From Gaiellaceae bacterium (lineage in GTDB: Bacteria > Actinomycetota > Thermoleophilia > Gaiellales > Gaiellaceae): DNA of 64,000 bases. The notes below the pieces were generated by a model that saw only the letters and a list, made by a program, of their open reading frames with translations, made no database searches and was not told where the DNA came from. Below, in pieces: positions 50,694 to 59,753 of this stretch (position 1 is its first letter; each line of letters opens with the position of its first letter). The position numbers and the translations under genes are program-made. The DNA lies in the NCBI GenBank assembly GCA_033857955.1, contig JAWVCW010000015.1, positions 59,514 to 123,513 of the forward strand, read 5' to 3'.

Positions 50694-51667
50694 CGGGAGA
50701 ACGTCTTGCGGGCGGGTGCACTCGTCAGGCCCGACGTGTCGCGTGCCTGGAGAGTCACCGTGTAGCGGCCTTTGCCCTTGAAGCGCGCCGCGGGTACCCA
50801 GTTACGGGTGTAGGCGCCACACGGATTCGGTGCGATCCGCGTGGTGAAGCGCCGCGTGAAGGACGCCTTGCCGGGACGCGAGTCCGTGGCCAGGATCGTC
50901 AGGTTCTTCGGCGCGTCGTCGCAGATCCGGAACCGTGCGTAGACCCGGGCGCCGACGAATCGGACCGAGACGATCGTCAGCGTGGGACGCTTGTTCGTGA
51001 TCGGCGTCGTGGGTTCGACGATCGGTGTGAGCCCCGACAGGGCAGAGCCGGCGCCACCGGCGTTCTTTGCGGTCACTTCGACGCGCAGCCGGAAGCCCAG
51101 GTCGAGCAGACGGACGCCGTAGGTCTTCGCGGTCGAGCCGGAGATCGCGGCACAGCCCGTGCCGTCGGCATCGCACCGCTGCCACTGATACGCGAACGAC
51201 GTCGGAGTGTTGGTCCAGGTCCCGTCTTCCGCGGTGAGGGTCTCACCCACCCGGGCGTCGCCGGTGATCGACGGACGCGCGGTGTTCACGGGAGCCGTGC
51301 CCGGCGTGACGACCGCCGTCGGCCCCGACCGGGCCGACGCGGATCCATCGGCGTTCACGGCGAGGACACGAACGCGCAGGGTGTGGGTGGCATCGGCTGC
51401 CTTCAGGAGGTAGGTCTTCTCCACGGCGCCCGCGATGTTGCCGCAGGACGCGCCCGCTCCGTCACAGCGCTGCCACTGGTACTGGAACGAGGTGGGGCTG
51501 TTGGTCCAGGTGCCGTTTTGAGCGGTCAGCGTCTCGCCGACCTTCGGGGTGCCGGTGATGGTCGGCAAGGCGGTGTTGGCCGGCGGTGCCGCCGTCGCCG
51601 TTGCCGCCCAGACGAAGACGGCGCCCGCCGTCACCGCCAGGGACGTGATGATGCGCCTCGTGCTCAC
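50690..51667 (-). CDS. Secreted protein with two repeats of about 92 aa carrying the TGTWTN.PTSF.YQWQRC motif
   Basis: RBS AAAGGAA precedes GTG 51667. Signal peptide ITSLAVTAGAVFVWAATATA. Repeats P.ITG...VGETLTA..GTWTN.PTSF.YQWQRCD..G..C..I.G...KTY. Confidence 0.75.
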   Translation of the reverse strand: MSTRRIITSLAVTAGAVFVWAATATAAPPANTALPTITGTPKVGETLTAQNGTWTNSPTSFQYQWQRCDGAGASCGNIAGAVEKTYLLKAADATHTLRVRVLAVNADGSASARSGPTAVVTPGTAPVNTARPSITGDARVGETLTAEDGTWTNTPTSFAYQWQRCDADGTGCAAISGSTAKTYGVRLLDLGFRLRVEVTAKNAGGAGSALSGLTPIVEPTTPITNKRPTLTIVSVRFVGARVYARFRICDDAPKNLTILATDSRPGKASFTRRFTTRIAPNPCGAYTRNWVPAARFKGKGRYTVTLQARDTSGLTSAPARKTFSR

Positions 51668-51827
51668 AAGATTCCTTTCGTGGATTACCAGTTGAAAACG
51701 ATAAATACGGGCGCCTGGGTGCGGCCCCGCTGTGAAGAAACCGTAAGCATTCCCGGGGCGCCGCTTTTGAAATCCATGCGGCCGGGATAGCAGTAGAAAG
51801 ACGTAAACGACTTTGAGGGGGAACACG

Positions 51828-52733
51828 ATGCGCCGTCTCGTCCTGCTGCTCGCAACTCTGGCCTGCCTGGCGGTCCCGGCAGCGCTCGCGAAAGGCTCGT
51901 TTCCGGAGACGATCGCGCTCCCGAACGGGTTCCAGCCCGAGGGGATCGCCGTCGGCAGGGGCGACAGCTTCTACGTCGGCTCCATTCCGACCGGCGCGGT
52001 CTACGCCGGCAGCCTCCGCACGGGGAGAGGCAGCGTCCTCGTTCCCGGCGCGTCGGGGCACGCGGCGACCGGGCTCAAGTACGACCGCGGGCGACTGTGG
52101 GTCTCGGGCGCGTCGACCGGCAAAGCGTTCGTCTACAGCGCCGGAAGCGGCGCGCCGCTGACGCAGCTCCAGCTCGCGACGGGTGCGGGTGCGACGTTCA
52201 TCAACGACGTGATCGTGACGGGGCAGGCGGCGTACTTCACCGACTCGAACCGGCCCGTGATCTACAAGGTGGCGAGGTCGTGGAAGGGATCGCCGGGAGC
52301 TGTGACCGCGATCCCGCTCACCGGCGACTACCAGCACGTGGCCGGGTTCAACTTGAACGGAATCGACGCCACCCCGAGCGGGAAGACGCTGCTCGCCGTG
52401 CAGAGCGCGACGGGAAAGCTCTTCACGATCGATCCGAAGACCGGCTCGACGAAGCTCGTCGACCTCGGCGGCGCAACGCTTCCGAACGGCGACGGGATCC
52501 TCCTGCACGGCCGCACGCTGTACGTCGTGCAGAACACGTTGAACAAGATCGCCGTCGTGAGCCTGAATCGCAGCCTCACGCGCGGCGTCGTCACCCGAAC
52601 GATCACCGACTCCGACTTCGACGTGCCGACGACGATCGCCAGCTTCGGGAAATGGCTCTACGTCGTCAACGCCCGCTTCGGCACCGCGAGTGGCCCGGAC
52701 GCGACGTACGACGTGGTTCAGGTGCGGCGCTAG
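51828..52733 (+). CDS. Secreted beta-propeller protein (SMP-30/gluconolactonase/LRE-like)
   Basis: RBS GAGGGGG. Signal peptide MRRLVLLLATLACLAVPAALA. PEGIAVGRGDSFYVGS and repeated blade-like segments. Confidence 0.7.
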   Translation: MRRLVLLLATLACLAVPAALAKGSFPETIALPNGFQPEGIAVGRGDSFYVGSIPTGAVYAGSLRTGRGSVLVPGASGHAATGLKYDRGRLWVSGASTGKAFVYSAGSGAPLTQLQLATGAGATFINDVIVTGQAAYFTDSNRPVIYKVARSWKGSPGAVTAIPLTGDYQHVAGFNLNGIDATPSGKTLLAVQSATGKLFTIDPKTGSTKLVDLGGATLPNGDGILLHGRTLYVVQNTLNKIAVVSLNRSLTRGVVTRTITDSDFDVPTTIASFGKWLYVVNARFGTASGPDATYDVVQVRR

Positions 52734-54664
52734 GAAGGAGCGCTTTCGAGCAGCCGTTCGAAGCGACCGGTGAGCAGCAGCGCTCCGGCCACGCTCAAGT
52801 GGTCGATGTCGCGGTACGTCCAGGTGCGGTCACGCACGCCCGCACATTGGGTCGCTCCGCAGAGGTCGTCATCGAGGTCGAGAACGGATGCGTTCGCCGC
52901 GACCCCGGCGGCCGCGCGTTCGGCCGCGATCGCAAGACCGCGCTCACGGTCTGCATCGGCCCGCGCGATGCGGCCGGTGCACGACACGAGCAGCATGGAG
53001 AGCGCCGAGCATCCCTGCGGCGCGACTCCGAGCCTCGGGATCGGTTGGACGAGTGCGACGTGAGCGCCCGCCGCGTTGAAACGCAGGAGGACGGCTTCGG
53101 TCCCGAGGCGCCACGTTCGTGCGTTCGCGACGCTGCCGTGGACGTAGTGGTCGGAGCGGAAGGCCATCACGACGACGGTCGGGCGCAGCCGTGTCACCGT
53201 CTCGAGCGCGGCGCCGGCAAAGCGGGCGCACGCGGCAGAGTCGCCCTCCGCGCCGGTCAGCGAGACGGCGAGGAGCGGACAGGCGTTCAGCGTCAGCACA
53301 TACGCGTCGTAGCGGGCGAAGCGCGCCGCGCGGAGCACGGGCTCCGTCAGCTGGCCGGCCTGCGAGTCGCCGACGAGGACGACGCTGCCACGCGGGTGCT
53401 CCGCCGGCCAACTGCAGCTCGCGGCCCGCGTCGCGTTTACCGGCGCGGGGCCGTTGCAGCCGCGGAGGGTGTCCTCGTGCAGCGCGCGTGCCGCCTCCCA
53501 GGATCGGACGGGCGAGCTTCGCTGCAGCGCGTGGTTGACACCGAGAAGCGCGGCAGACGCAACGACCGGGACGGCGACGCACCCCGCCGCGAGCCGAAGC
53601 ACCGACCGACCGCGGAAGCGCTCGCCGAGGCGGATCGGGCTCTCGACAAACCGGTACGAGAGCCAGGCGGGGGCGAGCGAGACGGCCGCCGCCGACACGA
53701 GCACGCCGCTCGAGTGGGGCCAGAGCGCTCCTGCGAAGACGATCAGCGGCCAGTGCCAGAGATACCAGCTGTAGGAGACGTTGCCGAGCCAGACTGCGGG
53801 CCTCGCCTCGAGCACCCGTGCGGCGGGCCCGCGCGAGGCGAGCATCACCGCGCACGCGCCGCCGACGGCGAGCAGGACGTCGCGCGGGTCTCCTGAGGTC
53901 TCGCGGACGGCAAGCCCGGTGAACGCGATCATCGCGAGCCCGGCCAGGCCGACGGCGGCCGCCGCGCGCGGGGGCACGCGCGCGGCCCAGGGCGCGGCGA
54001 GCGCGAGGCAGGCTCCGAGGCCGAATTCCCAGGCGCGGGTCGGCGCGCCATAGAAGCCGAACGGCGTTCCCGCGAGGCGGACCGCAAGTGCGAAGGAGGC
54101 GATCGAGCCGGCGCCGACGAGCGCAAGCCCGGCCAGGCGCTGAGCCGCCTCCCCACGCCGCCGCGCGATCCTCCAGCCGAGGAGCAGGACGAGCGGGAAG
54201 GCGAGGTAGAACTGCTCCTCGACTGCGAGCGTCCATGTGTGCAGGAGCGGATTCAGGGTCGCAGCGACGTCGAAGTAGCCGGTCGGGAGCTGCAGCAAGT
54301 ACCCGTTCGCGGCGAAGAGCGACGCGGCGACGCCGGTGAAGGCTCCCGTCCGCTGCGCCGAGAGCGGGCTCGCGAGCATGCCGACGAACGCAACGACTGT
54401 CAGCATCAGCGCGAGCGCGGGCAGCAGCCGGCGGATCCGTCGCGCGTAGAAGCCGCGGAGGCCGATCGTGCGCGTGCCGGTCAGCTCGCGCAGGAGCGTC
54501 CCCGTGATGACGAACCCGGAGATCGCGAAGAAGACGTCGACGCCGGTGAAGCCGCCGGGCACGGGCAGGCCCGCGTGGTAGGCGACGACCAGCAGCACGG
54601 CGACCGCGCGCAGGCCCTGCACGTCCGCGCGCCGGTGACTCTCTCGTCTAGTGCCGAGTCTCAC
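52730..54664 (-). CDS. Acyltransferase-3 family (OafA-like) membrane O-acyltransferase with a C-terminal SGNH-like domain
   Basis: DVQGLRAVAVLLVVAYHAG...GVDVFFAISGFVIT, about 10 TM segments, and a soluble C-terminus (VVLVGDSQAG). GTG 54664 is preferred because it leaves a divergent intergenic region. Confidence 0.85.
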   Translation of the reverse strand: MRLGTRRESHRRADVQGLRAVAVLLVVAYHAGLPVPGGFTGVDVFFAISGFVITGTLLRELTGTRTIGLRGFYARRIRRLLPALALMLTVVAFVGMLASPLSAQRTGAFTGVAASLFAANGYLLQLPTGYFDVAATLNPLLHTWTLAVEEQFYLAFPLVLLLGWRIARRRGEAAQRLAGLALVGAGSIASFALAVRLAGTPFGFYGAPTRAWEFGLGACLALAAPWAARVPPRAAAAVGLAGLAMIAFTGLAVRETSGDPRDVLLAVGGACAVMLASRGPAARVLEARPAVWLGNVSYSWYLWHWPLIVFAGALWPHSSGVLVSAAAVSLAPAWLSYRFVESPIRLGERFRGRSVLRLAAGCVAVPVVASAALLGVNHALQRSSPVRSWEAARALHEDTLRGCNGPAPVNATRAASCSWPAEHPRGSVVLVGDSQAGQLTEPVLRAARFARYDAYVLTLNACPLLAVSLTGAEGDSAACARFAGAALETVTRLRPTVVVMAFRSDHYVHGSVANARTWRLGTEAVLLRFNAAGAHVALVQPIPRLGVAPQGCSALSMLLVSCTGRIARADADRERGLAIAAERAAAGVAANASVLDLDDDLCGATQCAGVRDRTWTYRDIDHLSVAGALLLTGRFERLLESAPS

Positions 54665-54793
54665 GAGACGGTTTTCGGCCGATTCGGGCCCGCGCTGGAG
54701 GACCGCCGCCGATCCCTCGCGCGAGGGATGCCCGCGGCCGCCCACCGCGCCGACGCCACAGGTACCTACGTCCTGCGGCTGAGGGGTCACCGC

Positions 54794-55450
54794 ATGCGCT
54801 CGTCGAAGACGCCAATCCGCACCGTTGCCTGTGTCGTCGGACTCGGCCTGATGTTCGTGCAGGCCGCATTCGCCGCCGAAACGCAGCCGATCAGGTTCAA
54901 CGCCGCGGATCAGACGGCGGCGAAGGCCGTGATGCTGAAGGCCGCCGACCTTGGAGCGGGCTGGAAGGGCGGCGCCACGAAGCCCGACCTGACGCCGGAC
55001 GACGCATGCGCGATGAAGCGCTCCGATCTCGTCCTGACGGGCGCGGCCAGGTCGGAGTTCACCGCGCCGGGCGCAATGGTCAGCTCCGAGTCGAACGTCC
55101 TTCAGTCACCCGGGATGGTGGCCACCGAGTGGCGGCGCAGCACCGGGAACGCCGCCTACATGGCTTGCATCCGCAAGGAGTATCTGACGGCGGATGAGCC
55201 GAACGTGAAGGTGATCTCGTTCAAGCCTGCCGCGTTTCCAAAGCTGACGCAGTACAGCGTCCGCTACCGGATGATCGCCGACTTCGGCAAGCCGGGGAGC
55301 TCGACGCGCCTCGTCGTCGACATGATCCTGCTCGGCCAGGGCCGAACGGAGGTCATGCTGACGGTCTGGGCACCGTACGCCGACCGGGCAACGACGGACC
55401 GCGCTGAGCGCCGACTGGCCCAGATCGTCGTCGGCCGCATCAGAGCCTGA
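54794..55450 (+). CDS. Secreted hypothetical protein
   Basis: ATG 54794: MRSSKTPIRTVACVVGLGLMFVQAAFAAE..., a signal peptide. Confidence 0.6.
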   Translation: MRSSKTPIRTVACVVGLGLMFVQAAFAAETQPIRFNAADQTAAKAVMLKAADLGAGWKGGATKPDLTPDDACAMKRSDLVLTGAARSEFTAPGAMVSSESNVLQSPGMVATEWRRSTGNAAYMACIRKEYLTADEPNVKVISFKPAAFPKLTQYSVRYRMIADFGKPGSSTRLVVDMILLGQGRTEVMLTVWAPYADRATTDRAERRLAQIVVGRIRA

Positions 55451-55457
55451 GCCGGCG

Positions 55458-56120
55458 TCAGCCCTCCTCGAGGACTTCGAAGCGCATGAACGCGTAGACG
55501 ACCAGGTAGCTGAGCGTCAGGAAGCCCGACAGCAGCACCGTCATCCCGATCGCACGTGGGTCGACCAGCACCCCGCCGAGGTCGGAGAGGATGCGCGGGT
55601 TCGCGATCACGTCCCAGCTGTTCCAGCGAAGGACGCGGCCGAGGTAGATGCCGAAGCTCGAGAGGCCGAGCGCCGCGACGGCTGCCGCCCACGCCACGCG
55701 TGGCCCCGTATGTTGCCGCAGCACGGACTGGACGAGGTAGAGCGAGAGGAAGCCAAGCAGCATCCCGGTCCACGCCGGCGCCGCGATCACGACCACGTCC
55801 ACCCAGAGGGGCACGGCCGGGCTCGGGAAGAGATGCTTGAAGTCGGTGAGGATGTACGGCGCGTTCGGCAGGAAGAGCAGCCAGAGGGCGCCGAGCGGGA
55901 CGAGCGAGCGCGGCCGGGCCCCCGCGCGGTGCCGGTCGTAGATGACGATCGAAAGCCCGAACGGGATCCACGCCAGGAAGAGGTTCCAGATCAGCCAGCC
56001 GAAGATCGGCTCGCGCGAATAGAAGTAGCGCGTCGCGACGAGGGCGACGGAGAAGAGCGAGAGGAGCGCCAGCGCGGCGTAGATCGCCCGCCTGCGCGTG
56101 CTCAGAGGGGCAGCGACCAT
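55458..56120 (-). CDS. Polytopic membrane protein (possibly DUF1361-like)
   Basis: Six hydrophobic helices, with WNLFLAWIPF. Confidence 0.6.
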   Translation of the reverse strand: MVAAPLSTRRRAIYAALALLSLFSVALVATRYFYSREPIFGWLIWNLFLAWIPFGLSIVIYDRHRAGARPRSLVPLGALWLLFLPNAPYILTDFKHLFPSPAVPLWVDVVVIAAPAWTGMLLGFLSLYLVQSVLRQHTGPRVAWAAAVAALGLSSFGIYLGRVLRWNSWDVIANPRILSDLGGVLVDPRAIGMTVLLSGFLTLSYLVVYAFMRFEVLEEG

Positions 56121-56262
56121 CGTTTCGAGTGTAGCGGCCGAGCCCAGAGACTCACCTTTCGGGGGATAGCAACGCCTCGCGCATTCTGCGAGGATCGAAG
56201 GGTCAGTCGGCGGTGCGGCACGTCCTTACTTCAGGGGCCGTGCATCGTGCGTTCGAGAGATC

Positions 56263-56742
56263 TTGGTCGACATGCTCTATGAGTCCGGCGACCACGTCGC
56301 GGCTGTACGACGCCGGGAAGAGGAAACCTGGGCCGGCATCGGCGAAGACTGGCTGGACTCGCTGCGCGACGACGAGCCGCTGGACATCGGCCGCCCGCTC
56401 GCCGCCGGACAGCGCGTCCGTGTGTTCGGAGGCTACGACACCAACCCAGCGTGGCTGAAGGACGATCCGGACGGATACGAGGGCATCGTCGCCGATTTCA
56501 TCCCCGGCAGGAACGAGCTTCCGGCCGCGGTGATCGAGCTCGACGTGCCGCTCTTTGCCGGCGGAATCGAGGGCGGCATCGTCGTCCTGGAGCAGGCCTG
56601 GGAAGGCATCCCCTGGGGCCAGACCTCACCGCGAGTCCATGTCGAGCTGTGCGACTTCAAGCCCGAGCACAAGCGCTGGCAGGATCGCCGCCGGGGGGCG
56701 TGGATCGAGTCGCACGCGACCTTCGAGGTCGTCCAGGGCTGA
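56263..56742 (+). CDS. Hypothetical cytoplasmic protein
   Basis: 159 aa with balanced composition. Confidence 0.5.
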   Translation: MVDMLYESGDHVAAVRRREEETWAGIGEDWLDSLRDDEPLDIGRPLAAGQRVRVFGGYDTNPAWLKDDPDGYEGIVADFIPGRNELPAAVIELDVPLFAGGIEGGIVVLEQAWEGIPWGQTSPRVHVELCDFKPEHKRWQDRRRGAWIESHATFEVVQG

Positions 56743-56750
56743 CTCGCGGG

Positions 56751-57125
56751 CTACCGGATGCCGGTGTCGAGGAAGAAGTCGACTTTGGCAAGGCGTCCGC
56801 TGGGAACGCGGACGGCGCGTGGGCGCAACCCTGAGCCGAGCCGGCGTGGCGAGACGGTGACCACGTACGACCCGGGACGCAGTCGCACCGTGTACGCGCC
56901 GGCACGATCCGTCTTGACGCGGGCCTTGAGGACGCCGCTACGGCTGAACTCGAGTACGACGCCCACGGCAGGTCCTTCGCATGGCTTTCCGACCTGGCAC
57001 ACGGGTGTCGTCGGGCCGCGCTTCACGATCCCGTGCAGACCCGAAACGGGACTCTGCTGACCGGCTGCCCCGGCCAACGCGGGCGCGAACGCGAATGCGG
57101 CGCAGATGACCGCCAGGTTGCGCAT
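56751..57125 (-). CDS. Small secreted protein with a carboxypeptidase-regulatory-like beta-sandwich signature
   Basis: ATG 57125: MRNLAVICAAFAFAPALAGA... followed by DRAGAYTVRLRPGSYVVTV. Confidence 0.6.
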   Translation of the reverse strand: MRNLAVICAAFAFAPALAGAAGQQSPVSGLHGIVKRGPTTPVCQVGKPCEGPAVGVVLEFSRSGVLKARVKTDRAGAYTVRLRPGSYVVTVSPRRLGSGLRPRAVRVPSGRLAKVDFFLDTGIR

Positions 57126-57147
57126 CTCCGGAAGACTGTAGCCGCGA

Positions 57148-57852
57148 TCAGCCGACGCGGGCCCGACAGTGACGGAACGGCTCACCCCGGACTTCGGGCC
57201 ATCGCTTTCCCGCCTTGGGGCCGACCTCGACCTGGAATCGCTCTTCCCGAACGAGGCCGAAACGAGCCCCCGCTGCCCGATAGAAGGAGCGAGTGACATC
57301 CCAGCGCCCATCGCCCTCGTCCGCGATCCGACTCTGCGTCGCGACGATCGTTCCAGGCTGCCGAGCGCAGTCCACGCCGGCCGGAAACTCATCGTAGAAA
57401 GGGAAGAGCTCGGGCACGGGGACGCTCTCGAGCCGCATTCGCAGCAGCGTGCCACGGCTCAGCATGAAGACCGCTCCCGGCCGGTAGACAGCCGCCGGGG
57501 CAAGCGTGAGCACCGGCTCCAGACCGGGTCGCCCGTCGATCTCGGCGAGAAGAAGGAGCTGTGGGTCGGTGCCCGGCCAGGGAAGGGGCGGCACCGTCGC
57601 CACGGCGGTCCTGCCACCACTGATCTGCACAAGCAGCAGGTGGCGGCATCGCGCCGGTCGCGTCCCGTCCACGCGGAGCGTTACCCGATCACCCGTGCCG
57701 TCCGCGTCGACGTCGCCGACGAGCGTCTTCCCTTTGCTCCGATACGTGGCCGGCGCACCCTTGCATGTGGCCGCTTCCGGATCCTCGGCGTCGGCGTGCC
57801 GGCAGCCAGGAACCGCGATTGCGAGGAGCCCGCCGAGGATCAGCCATTTCAC
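57148..57852 (-). CDS. Lipoprotein (hypothetical)
   Basis: GTG 57852: (M)KWLILGGLLAIAVPGC, which contains a lipobox. ATG 57894 is an alternative start. Confidence 0.55.
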   Translation of the reverse strand: MKWLILGGLLAIAVPGCRHADAEDPEAATCKGAPATYRSKGKTLVGDVDADGTGDRVTLRVDGTRPARCRHLLLVQISGGRTAVATVPPLPWPGTDPQLLLLAEIDGRPGLEPVLTLAPAAVYRPGAVFMLSRGTLLRMRLESVPVPELFPFYDEFPAGVDCARQPGTIVATQSRIADEGDGRWDVTRSFYRAAGARFGLVREERFQVEVGPKAGKRWPEVRGEPFRHCRARVG

Positions 57853-57892
57853 GAGCACTGCGTCGCACCTTCTCGAGTCTTCGACGCCGGAC

Positions 57893-58804
57893 ATGCAGAA
57901 TGCCACGAACGTGGACCTGACTGGACAGCCGCGCGTGCACGTAGCGGGTCCGGTGCCGACCCGCGTCATGGCGGCCCTCGAACAGGACTTCGATCTCGTG
58001 CCTGTTCCGGCCGGCGCCGAGGGGATCCTCTCCCTGATCACGACCATCGTCGACGACGCGTATCTGGAGCGAGCCGGCCCGCAGCTGGAGGTGGTCGCAA
58101 ACTACGGCGTCGGCGTCAACAACATCGACCTCGAGGCGGCACGGCGCCGTGGCATCGTGATCGCCAACACCCCGGACGTGCTGACGAAGACGACCGCGGA
58201 GCTCGCCATCGCCGTCACTCTCGCTCTCCTCCGCCGGGTCGTCGAGGGAGACCGGTACATCAGAGCTCGCTCGGCCTGGTCGTTCTCGCTCGAATTCATG
58301 CTCGGAGAAGGACTCGACGGCAAGACGGTCGGCATCGTCGGAGCCGGCCGGATCGGCCGGGAGACGGCGCGCCTCGCGGAGGCGTTCGGCGCGCAGGCAC
58401 TCTTCGCCGGCCGAGACGATCCGCTGGAGGAGCTGCTGGCGAGCGCCGACGTTGTCAGCCTCCACTGCCCGCTTACCCCGCACACTCGACACCTGATCGA
58501 CGAGCAGGCCCTGGCGACGATGAAGAGCTCGGCAGTGCTGGTCAATACCGCGCGGGGACCGATCGTGGACGAGCGCGCCCTTGTCGACGCCCTCTCGCGA
58601 AAGGTCATCGCAGGAGCCGCGCTCGACGTCTTCGAATTCGAGCCGGACATCAGCGAAGAGCTGCTGTCGATGGAACAGGTCGTGCTCACACCGCATATGG
58701 GCAGCGGCACGCGGGAGACGCGAGAGGCGATGGGATTGCTTGCAGTCGACGCGCTCCGCAGCGTGCTGATCCTCGACCGGACGCCGGCGAACGTCGTCCC
58801 CTGA
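57893..58804 (+). CDS. D-isomer-specific 2-hydroxyacid dehydrogenase (glyoxylate/hydroxypyruvate reductase-like)
   Basis: NAD-binding motif GIVGAGRIGRETA, and the catalytic R...E...H pattern (NTARG, TPHMGS). Confidence 0.88.
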   Translation: MQNATNVDLTGQPRVHVAGPVPTRVMAALEQDFDLVPVPAGAEGILSLITTIVDDAYLERAGPQLEVVANYGVGVNNIDLEAARRRGIVIANTPDVLTKTTAELAIAVTLALLRRVVEGDRYIRARSAWSFSLEFMLGEGLDGKTVGIVGAGRIGRETARLAEAFGAQALFAGRDDPLEELLASADVVSLHCPLTPHTRHLIDEQALATMKSSAVLVNTARGPIVDERALVDALSRKVIAGAALDVFEFEPDISEELLSMEQVVLTPHMGSGTRETREAMGLLAVDALRSVLILDRTPANVVP

Positions 58805-58816
58805 TTGCGGGGACGG

Positions 58817-59710
58817 ATGTCGACCAGCGGAGTGCGGATCTGCTCACTGTTGCCGAGCGCGACGGAGATCATCGCTCAGCTCGGGCTGATCGAGTCGCTC
58901 GTCGGCGTCTCCGAGGAATGCCGCTGGCCGCCCGAAGTCGTCGGCAAGCCCGTTGTCACTGCCGCCAGGATCGATCCATCGACGTTGACGAGCCTCCAGA
59001 TCGACCAAGCCGTGCGTGACTCTGTCAGAGACGGCCGTTCGCTGTACACCGTCGACGCCGACCAGATCGACGCGCTTTCCCCCGATCTGATCGTGACCCA
59101 GGACCTCTGTGCGGTCTGTGCCGTTTCGAGCAGTCAGCTGACGACGGCCTCCACGGTCGCGGCCGAAGTGCTCTCGCTCGATCCGCGAACCCTCGCCGGC
59201 GTCGCCGAGTCGGTCCGGACGCTCGCCACCATGCTCGGTGCCGCCGACCGCGGCGACCAGATCGTGTCGCAGATGTGGGAAATGATCGAAGCGGCCGCCG
59301 AGTCGGTGCGGGGCTTGCCGCGCCGGCGCGTGTTCTTCGCCGAGTGGATCGAGCCGCCGTTCTGCGCCGGGCACTGGCTGCCGGAGATGATCGAGCTCGC
59401 CGGCGGCACCGATGTCCTCGGCCGCCCCGGCCAGCCCTCCTACGCGACGACGTGGGACACGGTGCTCGCGCACGAGCCGGAGCTCGTGGTGATCGCCCCA
59501 TGCGGGTTCGACGCCGACGCAGCGGCCGAGCGCGCCGCCGAGCTTCGCCTGCCCTGCCCTGCCGTCGCGGTGGACGCCGACGGCTATTACTCGCGGCCCG
59601 CGCCCCGACTCGGCGACGGTGTCCGCCAGCTCGCCCACCTCTTCCACCCGGAGGCGGCGACAGACCCCGGACTGCCCGCGATCGCGCTGCCTTCCGCGAC
59701 AGTGCCCTAG
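58817..59710 (+). CDS. BtuF/FhuD-like periplasmic-binding-fold protein without an obvious signal peptide
   Basis: VRICSLLPSATEIIAQLGL...VGVSEEC...LSPDLIVTQDLCAVC. Confidence 0.65.
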   Translation: MSTSGVRICSLLPSATEIIAQLGLIESLVGVSEECRWPPEVVGKPVVTAARIDPSTLTSLQIDQAVRDSVRDGRSLYTVDADQIDALSPDLIVTQDLCAVCAVSSSQLTTASTVAAEVLSLDPRTLAGVAESVRTLATMLGAADRGDQIVSQMWEMIEAAAESVRGLPRRRVFFAEWIEPPFCAGHWLPEMIELAGGTDVLGRPGQPSYATTWDTVLAHEPELVVIAPCGFDADAAAERAAELRLPCPAVAVDADGYYSRPAPRLGDGVRQLAHLFHPEAATDPGLPAIALPSATVP

Positions 59711-59753
59711 CCCGGCTACTCTGCACGCGTTCCAGAGGTCAAGGGGGTTCGGC

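Noticed and set aside
57852-57895. Overlapping divergent start codons (CATG at 57892-57895) of the lipoprotein and the 2-hydroxyacid dehydrogenase, considered as a regulatory oddity.
   Set aside because: The lipoprotein more plausibly starts at GTG 57852, directly before its signal peptide (KWLILGGLLAIAVPGC). That start leaves a normal 40-bp divergent spacer.
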